Below, piece after piece: positions 40,035-52,788 of a stretch of DNA of 64,000 bases; within the stretch, counting starts at the first letter, position 1, and every line of letters begins with the position of its first letter. The notes beneath the pieces were generated by a model. The model was not told the DNA's origin, ran no database searches, and saw only the letters and a list, made by a program, of their open reading frames with translations. The stretch comes from Octopus vulgaris. Its lineage: Eukaryota. The DNA lies in assembly GCA_951406725.2 (NCBI GenBank), contig OX597819.1, forward strand, positions 20,336,001-20,400,000, written 5' to 3'. The translations under genes were made by a program, and so were the position numbers.

Positions 40035-40545
40035 CCCAAGGTGTGTGCTGTGGTTTGTTGTGATCCTCTTATTTTTACTGTATTGAAGGTTTGTCACGGA
40101 GGATGTGTGCCGTGCCTAATCGCGCTATTTTCTGTATGTTAGTCCTGGTGTTTCTTTTTTTATATATTTGTCTGAATATTTTTTTCATCATACCTAATGT
40201 GCCTACTATTATAGGAATTATTTCTCTTTTTAGACTCCACATACGAGCTACATCTGTTTCCAGATCTTTGTATTTTGAAAGTTTCTCCGTTTCTTTTAAA
40301 GAAACTTTGTCCTGTGTTGGCATTGATACATCACTTAGAAAGCATTTTTCTCGGTGAACTCTGACAGCTATGGCCGGCCTATTAGCTTTAATTTCTCTAT
40401 CCGTGTGTATCGGCATATCCCAGAGTAGGGTTGCTTTCTCATTTTCAGTGAGCTTTTCTGGCGTTTGCCAATACCATCTTTTTTCTGTTGTCATTCCATA
40501 GTATTGGCATAGCTTTCAGTGTATTCAGGTCCCAACTCTGTTATA
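40035..40545 (-). mobile_element. R4/Dong-type LINE 3' fragment (same subfamily as 1330-1861)
   Basis: ORF 40075-40494: LLWDMPIHTDREIKANRP...EKLSKYKDLETDVARMW...LGTAHILR. Confidence 0.92.
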
Positions 40546-41388
40546 ACCTAGCTGTTTGCCAACAGAGACGGACAGAATAAGTAGCAGACTTCAAAAAGGT
40601 TTGTGCGATTTTTCGAGTAAAACCCTTCAAACGACCCACGATGGCTGCAGTCCAATGACTGAAACAAATACGAGATAAAAGAATGATAAGGATAAGAAAT
40701 CATTTCTTACACCGGATACATGCATACGTGAGAGTTGTGTACCTATGTTTGTATAGTCTTTCACAGGTAGCTCCTACATCTTTACTCAAATGTAGCAAAC
40801 TTTAGTTTCCGCTGAATGTATGGAAATAAATTATGACATCAATTCAAATAAATATCGCTTAGAAAGCAATACAACAGTTATTTGCTAGAAAATGATAGCG
40901 ATAAAGAAAATATCTAACTTCTAATATATGAGTAAATAAAAATGGAATACAATTATAGTGGAGAATGATATATGAGGCATGCTATATAATATTGTGGTAC
41001 GAGTTGTCGTGAATATGATTGATGAAATACGGAAGACAGCAGTGGAAAGTCTTTTGAAATATATAAGAATTAAACATACAGACATTCGGATGACGCAGCG
41101 ATTTTGAAACATTAAGTCTCAAAACAGACGAACATTTCAGACACCCTGCTACAGCAAAACGACATTATACGTTGATGTACATCTTATGAATGCTATACCC
41201 TAAAAGATTAATATATCTATAGGTATGTATGTATGTATATTTGTATGTATGCCTTTATCTATCTATCTATCTGTCAGTCTGTCTGTATATACATGCGCAC
41301 ACAACCATACTTATGTAGACATCTACACACACACACACACATACACACACACGCGCACACATACATATATATATATATATATGTATAT

Positions 41389-41509
41389 GGCTGTGTGGTA
41401 AGTAGCTTGTTTACCAACCACATGGTTCCAGGTTCAGTCCCACTGCTATAACCTCGGGCTGACCAGAATCTTGTGAGTGGATTTGGTGGATGGAACCTAA
41501 AAGAAGCCC

Positions 41510-41575
<66 letters not shown>

Positions 41576-41792
41576 TTGTGCGTGTATATGTTTGTGTCTG
41601 TGTTTGTCCCTCCCAAACATTGCTTGACAACCGAAGCTGGTGTGTTTAACGTCCCCGTCACTTAGCGGTTCTGCAAGAGAGACCGATAGAATTAGGACTA
41701 GGCTTACAAAGAATAAGTCCTGGGGTCGATTTGCTCGACTAAAGGCGGTGTTCCAGCATGGCCACAGTCAAATGATTGAAACAAATAAAAGA
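41389..41792 (+). mobile_element. tRNA-derived CORE-like SINE (small internal deletion)
   Basis: Homologous to 25909-26292; begins GGCTGTGTGGTAAGTAGCTTG. Confidence 0.9.
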
Positions 41793-41960
41793 ACATATAC
41801 ATTCGGTATATAAACACAATAAAGTATACCAAAAATATAGATAAGAATAATAAAATATAGAAAGACATTTCTTTTAACAATTCAAAATAAATTATGGAAT
41901 GGAGGGAGTAAGAGATGTTTAAAAAGAGTTTTTGGTACCATATTTAAAGGAACTAAAGTA

Positions 41961-42045
41961 TCCCGACGACCGTTTCTAGAGTCCATTCAAAGAGTACATG
42001 TGAATCTTAGATTCAGTTCCAAGGAATACACCCATCATCAGGGAA
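41961..42045 (-). ncRNA. Type-I hammerhead ribozyme with minimal stem III and GUC site
   Basis: Minus: ttcc-CTGATGA-tgggtgtattc...gaatggactcta-GAAAC-ggtc-GTC-ggga. Confidence 0.82.
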
Positions 42046-42099
42046 AAAGAAAAAAAATAGCGTTTGAGCCAGAAACGTATTAAAAGGTTTTGCAACTAT

Positions 42100-42440
42100 T
42101 AATTAAAATTATAATTGTGTACATAGCTTGCTAACGCCGTAGAGTTTCTATGCTTTACTTTGTTAAAGGAATTTACGTGTATTCTATACCGTTTTTGGAA
42201 GTCTTTCGTACGTCATATATATACCCTAGATTGCTGTTTTCCATTTGCCATTGTGCATTTATATATTACATTTTTGCGTAGACATAGACCAGCGAGCGAA
42301 AATAATTCAGTGTCCTCACAACTGCAATTGTTTGGCTTCCTATCTATAGCTTTAGTCTTGTTAAGGTTATTTTGTAGTTGTGTTAGGTATCCTATGATCT
42401 GGGCTTTTATTATTAATTTGGAGTTGAATTTTATTTCTGT
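42100..42440 (-). mobile_element. Penelope-like element GIY-YIG endonuclease remnant
   Basis: NCSCEDTELFSLAGLCLRKNVIYKCTM...RVYI*RTKDFQKRYRIHVNSFNKVKHRNSTALASYVH (VIY...YIG with the Gly codon changed to a stop), upstream of the hammerhead. Confidence 0.85.
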
Positions 42441-42469
42441 TTGTAGATGCGATAATTGAAACGAAGTTC

Positions 42470-42875
42470 GGCGTGGTAGAGCGGGGCCAATTGGGGTGAA
42501 AGGGCTGTGCCCTATTGTTTTTATGAGATATGAGTATGCGATCATCATTTGGGCAAAGATGACGGAATATTTCCCACATCATGCAGATGATGTAGCGCTC
42601 ACGCTGGCATTCGAGAGAATAATGCTTGAGTTTTTCTAATCGACTAAAAACAATATCAATCTCTACTCTCTCCAACGCCGCCAGGAGCGTTACATCATTT
42701 GTATGATGTGGAAAATATTCCCTCAATACTGCACAAATGATGTTAGCATCAGTTTTAAAATCAATCCAAAATTTAGCCCCTGTTCTATCCGCCCACCACA
42801 AAAATGGAAAAGAGGACACATAACAACATTAACCTAACAACTACTTTACTTCAACCGGTCTAACTTTTTAATACG
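42470..42875. mobile_element. Two CR1-group LINE 3' fragments in divergent orientation (minus about 42470-42645, plus about 42655-42875)
   Basis: Minus SRLEKLKHYSLECQRERYIICMMWEIF; plus LYSLQRRQERYIICMMWKIFPQYCTNDV; both match ORF 52789-53163. Confidence 0.85.
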
Positions 42876-42889
42876 TCAAAACGGAGACA

Positions 42890-43015
42890 TTCTTCTTCTT
42901 CTTCTTCTTCTTCTTCTTCTTCTTCTTCTTCTTCTTCTTCTTCTTCTTCTTCTTCTTCTTCTTCTTCTTCTCCTTCTTCCCCTTCTCTTCCTCCTCCTTC
43001 TTTTTCTTCTTCTTC
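42890..43015. repeat. (CTT)n microsatellite
   Basis: Read directly. Confidence 0.97.
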
Positions 43016-45440
43016 CCTACCAAGAATTCACAAGGACATGCAAGAGTAAACAAGAGTAAACAAGAGAGACAGAGACAGGCAGAAACAAGGAAAATGCCAC
43101 TTGTATTTGAACAATGTACAAATATTCTTTTAAAAAAACTTCTCTTTTTTTCTAAATTTAATTGTTTAATGGTTACAGTTTAGAGAGTCTCAATGACTGA
43201 GACCGGTATTGAAATCTTATTTATAAAATTATTTTAGCATTTTCTATCTTTGAATATATATATATGTTTCGAATTTGTGTGAATATATATAGAATAATAT
43301 ATCTGTTGAATAAAGCTAAAACATCTGGTTTTCACGTTTTTATCATGGTATTTTAATATTGAAAAAAAAGATATTATAATGCTCATAAAGTTGAATTAAC
43401 GCTTTCATACATAGCGTAATCATCAAATTCCAAATGTGCTGAACTGGCAGTTTGAGTTCTTGACAGCTTTAGTATCTCTTAGAACGCTCCAATAAGCTGA
43501 ATTGTTGGAATGTGTTCGTCACCAATGCTCATGCATCTTAAACTTCACGGTTTGCCAGTCGTACCGATATACTGTAACTTGTATATATTTATACGCTAGA
43601 GAAATTTTCTAATCCACATCATTACCTGGTTGTTATAGTATTGCGGTTATTGCCGTTCAGAACAGGTATGGACATTTTAATAAACAGTTTTCCTTTTATC
43701 TTACTTCCAACATCAATTTTGCCATGTAGTTTGTGGAAAAGAAACAAAATTAGAAAAGTTTTCTGACCACATGTTTCTATATGTTTGCTCAATCAAATTT
43801 AGCGAAAATTCGTGTTCTGAATTTGTTGTTTATGGACTCGTAAGCGTTCTGAAAAACGCATTCCCTCTCTCGCCTATATATATTTCCTCGCAGTTCGGGC
43901 ATTTCATGGAGCAGAACAACTTTATGCGTTTACAGTTCATATCTTCGTTTGCAAAATCTGTTCATTTTATTGTTCTAATGGATCTACCCGTATGTATATA
44001 TTGGCATGTTCCATATGTGTTATCCTTACTGTGTATGTTTTATCACTTTGTTCCTGTTGAATTTTGCCTTTGTTAATAGTTTCTTTAGGTTATGCTTTTT
44101 TTTATAGATATTTCACTTTGTTTTATAATTGGCAAATTTATTTTGATGATGTTAAATATATTTCGCTGATGCGGATTGTGTGTTACAAGAAATGGTATTG
44201 TGTTTCTTTCATGGGTTCGTCATTTTCTTGTTGCTCTAAGTTGATCTATAGGAATCTCTTTTACTCATTGTATGCTGTTTTCAATAAGTAATTTTGCTTG
44301 AGCAGAAATCATTCGAATTCTATAAGTCGTGTGTTTCTGGTAATTGGATCGACGACCACAGTATAAATTTTTCTGGCTAGACAGTACGGGATGTTGTATT
44401 TTGCGTGTGTTGGGTGATAGAGAGTTAGAGAAAGAAAGAAACAGAAATGGATAGATATGTAGGTAGGTAGGTAGATTGATAGACAAATAGCTAGATACAC
44501 AAACAAAATATTGCTATATCGATATAGTTCATATAAAAAAAAAACTTTATACATCTATCAGTATTAGACTTTCATAATTTACAACTTTGCTACCATATTT
44601 TTAATTAAAAAAAAAAACGCTATATTAATTAATTTTTAAAATAATGAAAGAATTTATTAAAATATCTTCGTTAATATTAAACTAGTAATTGGAAGGAAAA
44701 TAAGCATGAAAACCTGAACGAAACGTTTCCATTTCGATTATTTTAAACTGTAAGTCTTTATCATAAAATGAAGGGTGATCTCAGGCGAGTTGTAATGGAA
44801 GGTGTAAAATAAGCGTTGATTTAATGAGATTACCAATGGCTGACAAACAGCCTTACGTCACCACACTCAAACGTTTGCCTTATTTTAGTTCTGCATTCAT
44901 ATGAAGCAAATTTGTTTTACGACCTTAACTTCTCAATACATTAAAATGTTCTTTTTTTTATATTTATATTAAATAGAACCGCGAAAAGAATGAATAAAAT
45001 ACGTTGTATTTTTTAGCTGCACATGTTTGTATCATGATCTCACACGTGACCTCTATCATAGAGTACTTATCTGCTTTCTTTTGGGGTCGGTACATCAAAA
45101 TATATATCAAGCTGATGGCTACGATGAAATGGAATTTTCCAATCCCATTTGTATTAGCGATGTGCATAAAATTTTAAGCAATACTTAAACAAGTGTCTTG
45201 CATTTTGAGTTCGAAAAGCAGCCTTGGGGATGGATAAAACTTTTACTGTGGTAACAAAACTGATTTACTATATTCCTATAACAAATGAGATGGATGCGCA
45301 CCATTGTTAAATGTCCAGATTTCGCTATGTGCTGTACAAATGAGTATTGGTAATTCTATATTTCCTTGTTTCGGAGAATTACATTGGTAAGGAAAATAGT
45401 TAAATGAAAGCGTGATAGGAATTCACATAGATTCCACACA

Positions 45441-45531
<91 letters not shown>

Positions 45532-46338
45532 ACACACACATACGCACACACACACAGACGTATGTGTTTCTGCATGTATGTATATATACATGTATGGAAA
45601 TGTGATATGTAACAACTGATTTCACAGTACTATTACCTATCCACGCCAAACAGGTTGCATAAAATTCAACTCAAAGACAGAAACCATACCTCGGGGTCAA
45701 GCATAAAAAAATAATCAATAGTTATTTGAAATATATATTTCCTTATTTATCTCACAAGATTCCACTTAAATCTATTCTCAGATATTACCACTTAAGTGTC
45801 GTTGGGTAATCTTATCTATATCCTTATCACGCGATGTTTAAATAATAAAAGCCCATTGAAAGTTAAGTTTAATGGCACCAGTAGTTATTAACCTTCGGCA
45901 TCAGGCTGTGCTTTCACATCTAATGTCGATCGACTGTCTATAGTATAGCTTACAGTTAGAGTGTGATAACGTTAGCGAATGTGATTTATGGCCCTCGTAG
46001 CTTGTCACTTGGTTGTCACCGCACGACTTACTAACAGATTTTGTCAATGAATCGGCTGGTCGTGAATGATAGCAAAGCTTATTATTAGTGCCATGCTGAT
46101 ATCAACAAGATCTCAACAGCTATTAATTCACTCAGTCCTAATGGCTCTGCAGATATCATTTCATTGTCTTCGTCGCATCGGCGCTGCAATTCATTTTGAA
46201 TTTTTTTTTTATCATTTTTGTTGTAGATTTCCTTTTGAGGACTATATGCACACATCCCCGCATCTATTTCTCTCCCTTCCCCTTGCTCTCTCATTATCTA
46301 TCTATCCATATCTATCTATCTATCTATCTATCTGTCTA

Positions 46339-46372
<34 letters not shown>

Positions 46373-46492
46373 CGCAGTTACATAACTGACTCATAAATAT
46401 ACATATAGTATACACATACATATTCCTGTATACGCTCAGACACACACACATGTACATAGAATCATGAACATATATATGTATGTGTATGTATG

Positions 46493-46523
<31 letters not shown>

Positions 46524-46573
46524 CCTGCGTGTATGCACATATAAATATGTATGAGTATCTATCTATCTATCTA

Positions 46574-46614
<41 letters not shown>

Positions 46615-47582
46615 GCACACACATACATGCATAAACACACATGCACACACAGATATTTATATATATATATATATATATATATAGCTATGTATGAAGAATA
46701 TTGCATACAATTTGTACAGGGTACATCTCATGCTGCAGACATGAGAGCGAAACATATCACTGCCTTTTGGGCAAGACATAACCTTTTTAAACCACTTATT
46801 TTCCAGGCTGTTAACATGCGACACCAGGGGCCACTGTAACTACCCTAAGCATCCTAATATATTTTTTTTGCTCCTTAACGTGGCTTTGTTCCAATTACCA
46901 ATTTTAACTCTTGTGCACCAGTGCCATACACCCGTATTACAGATTACTACATCATTCAACACTCACCTGATCATTATTCTACCATCTATTCTTCTAATTC
47001 AAATTTCATCTAGGTGCAATGCAATAGGTGTCAATTCTAAGGTGTCTGTTAGCGAGGAGGTTGTAAAGCTACGACCACGTCCTCGACGAGTATTTCCCCA
47101 GCCCCTGTTGCTACTAGTTTGATTTGATCGTTATAAGCACATCGGCTACTACGTTCTTTATGAATTCTGCTACCGCTTTTCCTTTCACTAATATCCGGAC
47201 TTGCTCTCCCCTTTTCTCTCTCTCTCTCTCTCTCTCTTACTATCTCTCTGTGTCTGTCTCTCTCTCTCTCTCTTGAAGTTACTACAAGATCACTGACCGT
47301 TATACTTAGTAGCCAAATACCCCTAAGTCAAACATTTTATCATAAAAGCACACTACTGACATTGTAGTAAACAATCTACAAAATAGCTGAATAATCATAA
47401 AAATAAGATTCGATCAGAGCTAACCCAACGAAAAACCATAAGGCAAGTGATCCTTTGATAGCATCTTGCATGTTTGGTATTGGAAAGCAATTGTAGATTA
47501 TATGGCTTGAGATATATTTGAACTTAGGTTTACTCAATAAGAGATGATCTGCAATTCAACAAAACATCAAAAACCAAAACGT

Positions 47583-47625
<43 letters not shown>

Positions 47626-48250
47626 CGCTACTACCGCTACTACCGTTACTACTACCGCTGCTGCTGCTGCTACTACTACTGCTACTACTACTACTATTAC
47701 TACTACCACTACTACTACTATTACTACTGCTGCTACTACTACTACTACTACTGCCGCTGCTGCTGCTACTGTTGCCACTACTACTACTACTAGAGCTACT
47801 GCTACTACTACTACTACTGATACTACTACCACTACTACTGCTACTGCTACTATTTCTACTATTACTACTGCTACCACTGCTACTACCGCCACTACTTCTA
47901 CTACTACTAATATTACTACTACTACTGCTACTTCTGCTGCTACTACTACTGCTGCTGTCAATACTACTACTACTACTAATACTACTGCTACTACGACTAC
48001 TTCTACTATTACTACAACTACTACTTCTACTGCTGTTACTACTACTACTGATGCTGCTACTGCTTCTACTATTACTACAACTACTACTGCTACTGCTGTT
48101 ACTACTACTACTACTACTGCTGCTGCTGCTACTACTACTACCACTACTACTACTACTACTACTACTATTAATACTGCTACACTACCGCTATTGCTACCAC
48201 TACTACAAACCACCGCAACTACTACTACTACTACTACTGCTGCCGCTGCA
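47583..48250. repeat. About 670-bp mosaic (ACT/GCT/ACC/ATT)n trinucleotide tract
   Basis: Read directly. Confidence 0.95.
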
Positions 48251-48994
48251 GCAATACTACCATTACCACTTGAATAAGTATGCCAACGAAAACGGAGTTT
48301 ATTCTTAAACATTTTTTCTCTAACACTGCCATCCACGATTTAGAGTCTCCAATAACCAATGTATTGCAATACACGTTCATCCGTTGTTTTATGAGATCTA
48401 ATTGTCTATGGTGTGTATGCGAGGTTATGCCAGTGAACTTAAACTTACATCGGAATTCTTACCATTTAAACCGATAATCCTCTTTTAAGTACAACACACA
48501 AGCTCTATTCCCTTAATATAAATCGAAATGTCTTTTCCTTTTTTTTGCAAATCTTTAAATATTTTAGAGCTTCCATACTCGCTAATGTGATTCATGTTTT
48601 AAACGTCACTTAAGTACACAGCCACCTACCCTTGCACCCGTGCACATATGTGTGGTTATAAAGGTATGTGTACTTAGACACACACAGTCACACTCATGCG
48701 TATATATATGCGTTTGTGTGTGTGTGTGTGTGTGTTTGTGTATAAAATGCATATACGTAAGCGCATATATGTGCATATGAGCCCGTGTTGATGTGTTTGT
48801 CTATGCGTGTGCGTTTATCATACAACCTCTATCAAATATGTATGGTATAACACACACACACACTTATGCACACACACATATGTATATATGTGTGTGTGTG
48901 TGTGTGTATAAATATATATGCATACATATACATATATACATATACCTCTCTCTCTATATATATATACATATATACATACATATATATATATATG

Positions 48995-49094
<100 letters not shown>

Positions 49095-51779
49095 TGCTTG
49101 TACTTCTTATTCTTGAATTTCTGTCTTAAAATTGAATTCTGTTTGGCAATCCAAGCATTAGAAATTTCAGCGTGTTTAAACGTGTTAAGTTATATTGCAT
49201 TAAATTATATTATTACATACATTCCATTGGAGGAAAATAAAAGAATACACTAACAATTACCTACAACAACAACATCAACAATTATAACAAGGCTACATTA
49301 GCGAGCAAATATAACATGCATGTTTGTGCAACTTCCATTACCACAAAGACGTAAGGCTGTATAAAGTTTGTGTTTAAAACATTTAGCAATCGAATTTTAC
49401 CTAATGAAATATCCAGGCGTTGTGATTTTCATTATCTAAAAAGCGTTTGTTTTAAAACCTGAAATCTTGCGCATTTCCTTTATATTTTCTTGACCTGATA
49501 CAAAGTTATATATTTTGAGATTTCCTATAGTTTTACGATATCTAAAACGTTGAACAAACTTATTTTCCATTACAAATGATTCGAAGCTAATAGAATTTCG
49601 AACTGGCATTTTCAGTTGATTTATACACAAATATATATATATATATTCCGCTATGTTTTCAAATTTCACCTGACGTTAGCGTAAAAACGAAACCTGTTAA
49701 TTTGTTGAATGTTGAACAAATGATTCATTATTTATTTATCGAAAGTATTGAGGTAGCCTTCCAGAAAGTTCATAATTTCCATGAGCGTTCGGACACGTAT
49801 CTTCTTTTAGGGTCGGACCACTAGCAGATTTTTTGTGAGCGTTCATATGCTGGTAATTGTAAGCATGCATATGATTATATGTACGCATACATATATAATA
49901 CACTTTATATAGATACATACACACATATATATTGTTACGACCTGGTGGCCATAACCCGAATTTACACAACACACAAGGATGCGGTAAACCCAAAACAATA
50001 CACCATGAAGTCTTTTTATAAGATATTATCAACAATCAAATGTTAGCATAAAAAACACAGCCCACATACAAAACGAAAAATTCATACACCATCTAGCTAT
50101 TTATATAATGGGAAAATTACTACACAACCTGTCTAAAATGGAGGGTTCAAATTTTACATGAGTATTACAACATAGCATAATAGATTTATTTTTCACTCAC
50201 CCAGATGTGACACAGAAATTATTTAAAAACTGACAAGCAAAAACTTCTGGCGAATTCTGGAGCATAAAATAATTCCATAAATGCCTAACACAAAGCACAA
50301 AGCCCAAAAAACAAGGGGCATCCAGAATCCTATTGAACCTTACTTTATTTTTTTTTTTTGGCACTACGGCCATAACATAGGGGGACAGCACATGGACAGA
50401 CAAAGCAATACATTGGGGGTACATGAAAATACATATCGGATGAATGATGAATATAATTAAAATGAGAATGAAATGGCTTTCCTACCCCACAAAGTAGGTA
50501 GTTCCATTTTACTGTTTCTTAAATTACAGTTTTACTTTACAGTCTTGTATCTTATCCTGAACACAAAATTGCAACAAATGCTGCTTTATATCGTCCAAAA
50601 ATGCAACAACCGGCAGCTCGTCGTATCTATACTGAAATGGTGCTATTTCAACTTTTTTTTCCCAAATAGTTCTACCAACCACTCAACTCTTTCTCTCTCC
50701 AAAAGCAAACCCTTCATACCTTTTCACGATAAGGAAATATGGTTGCTATTTCAAGAAACAGCATGCTGTCATCAAGGTTGATAGAGTACTCATTGTGAAA
50801 CTATCCATAGATACGATACTAAGGAAATGCATCGATAACATCTGGGGTAATTGATACAACATAATATCGAAACCGCTACCAATTAATCTGAGAACATTTC
50901 TTACATTCGCCTCTTCACTTAACATTCAGTCGACTAAATCTTGGCCACTGAGCCACACACACACACGCCATACTAATCGTTTGCATTATTCTGTTCGAAG
51001 TGAAAAAGAAAAAAAGAACAGAACAAACATGGAAAATAATATACGATGCTGTTTATTGGGAGAACAAATAACTGAAAGATAAATTCACTTTCTGTTTACT
51101 GTGTTTGCCCTTAAAGATATTTGTGTCTATCTTTTTACGCGATAAATTAAATTAAAAAGAACACGTTGGAAGTTTCCAACGCCAAAGGTTGTAATTGATT
51201 TCATTATCATCAGAGGACGGCCGCATTTCGGAGCATCTATTTCTCTCGAAGGATAGAATGAGAGGAAAAACGTACAGTACGGAAAGGGGAATTTCAGTGT
51301 GCCTGTCATGGCGTTAACGTAGTACATTGTATTATTACCACCCAACTGTCCGTCTGTAATAAAATTGATGCTTTCGTCGAGGAGAAGATAATAGAAACAA
51401 GCATGGCTGTTAGCGGTGCCAGAATATTTCAGACACGTCCCTGTTAATTTAATTTCTTGAAAGTGAAAAGAAGGAAAAAAAACCAGAAAGAAGTAAATTC
51501 TCTTCTGATGGTGATGCAGATTAACATCGATAAAAACTGCTCAGGGGTTGTAATATCTTCTCTCTGTTTTCTCTGATATGGTTGTGGAACATGGACAATT
51601 AAAAGTCTGGAAAATACAGTTGTTAAGATTATAGTTCTCTCACAGGCTACCTGCTGTACATACCAGTTTACCATGATGATGATGATAATGATGATGACAA
51701 GGAAGAGGGGGATGAGGAGGAAGGTGAGCTTGATACTACTATTGCTACTACCACTGGTACAACAACAACAACAACAATA

Positions 51780-51875
<96 letters not shown>

Positions 51876-51889
51876 CATAATAATGATTT

Positions 51890-52066
51890 CAAATTTTGCC
51901 ACAACGGCTGTAATTTTAGGAGAGGGATGAGTCGATTACATGGACACCAGTGTTCAACTAGTACTTATTTTATCAACCCCAAAAGCATGACAGGAAAAGT
52001 CAACCTCGGCGGAATTTGAACTCAGGTGTAGCGAAATACCGCTATACATTTTGTCCAGATACTTAA
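51890..52066 (-). mobile_element. Meta-domain-like SINE, degenerate
   Basis: Matches 27714-27945. Confidence 0.8.
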
Positions 52067-52164
52067 GTTGAGGCATCACGTCTGTCCAGTATTGACCGCA
52101 CAACTCGATGTTATATATTTGATGATAGTTGATAATAGTTATATATTCTGCTATTCTTTTATTC

Positions 52165-52530
52165 TTTCACTCTTGTATTATTTTACATGTTTCAGTCATT
52201 TTGACTGCGGCCATGCAGGAGCACCACCTTCAGTCGAGCAAATCGTCTCCAGGATTTATTCTGTGTAAACCTACTACTTATTCTATCGGTATGTATTGCA
52301 GCTAAGTTACGGGGACGTAAATACACCAACATCAGTTGTCATGTGATGTTGGTATATATTTATATATCACGGGTTTCTTTCAGTTTCCGTCTACCAAATC
52401 CACCCACAAACTATTGGTCGACCCTAGGCTATAGTAGAAGACACTTACCCAAGGTGCCACCTATTGGAACTGAACCCAGTATCATATGGTTCGTAAGCAA
52501 GCTACTTATCACACACCCATTCCTGCGCCT
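52165..52530 (-). mobile_element. CORE-like SINE, degenerate
   Basis: Reverse complement of the 25909-26292 family. Confidence 0.85.
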
Positions 52531-52556
52531 ATATATAATTATTATATATACATGTA

Positions 52557-52615
<59 letters not shown>

Positions 52616-52629
52616 CCAAGTTTATCTAA

Positions 52630-52693
<64 letters not shown>

Positions 52694-52788
52694 TTAGATA
52701 AACTTGGATACGTTTCGACCAATGATTGGTCCAGGCCATGTCTAACTTAATAGCACCACCTGATAGGATTATTTGAATCGTGTTTAAG

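Noticed and set aside
47528-48277. Mucin-like Thr/Ala open frame
   Set aside because: ACT/GCT repeats rarely mutate to stops, other frames are also open, and there is no start codon or good splice acceptor.
52700-52745. Hairpin plus GAAACGTA at the LINE 3' end as a hammerhead
   Set aside because: No CUGANGA upstream; better explained as an RT-recognition stem-loop.
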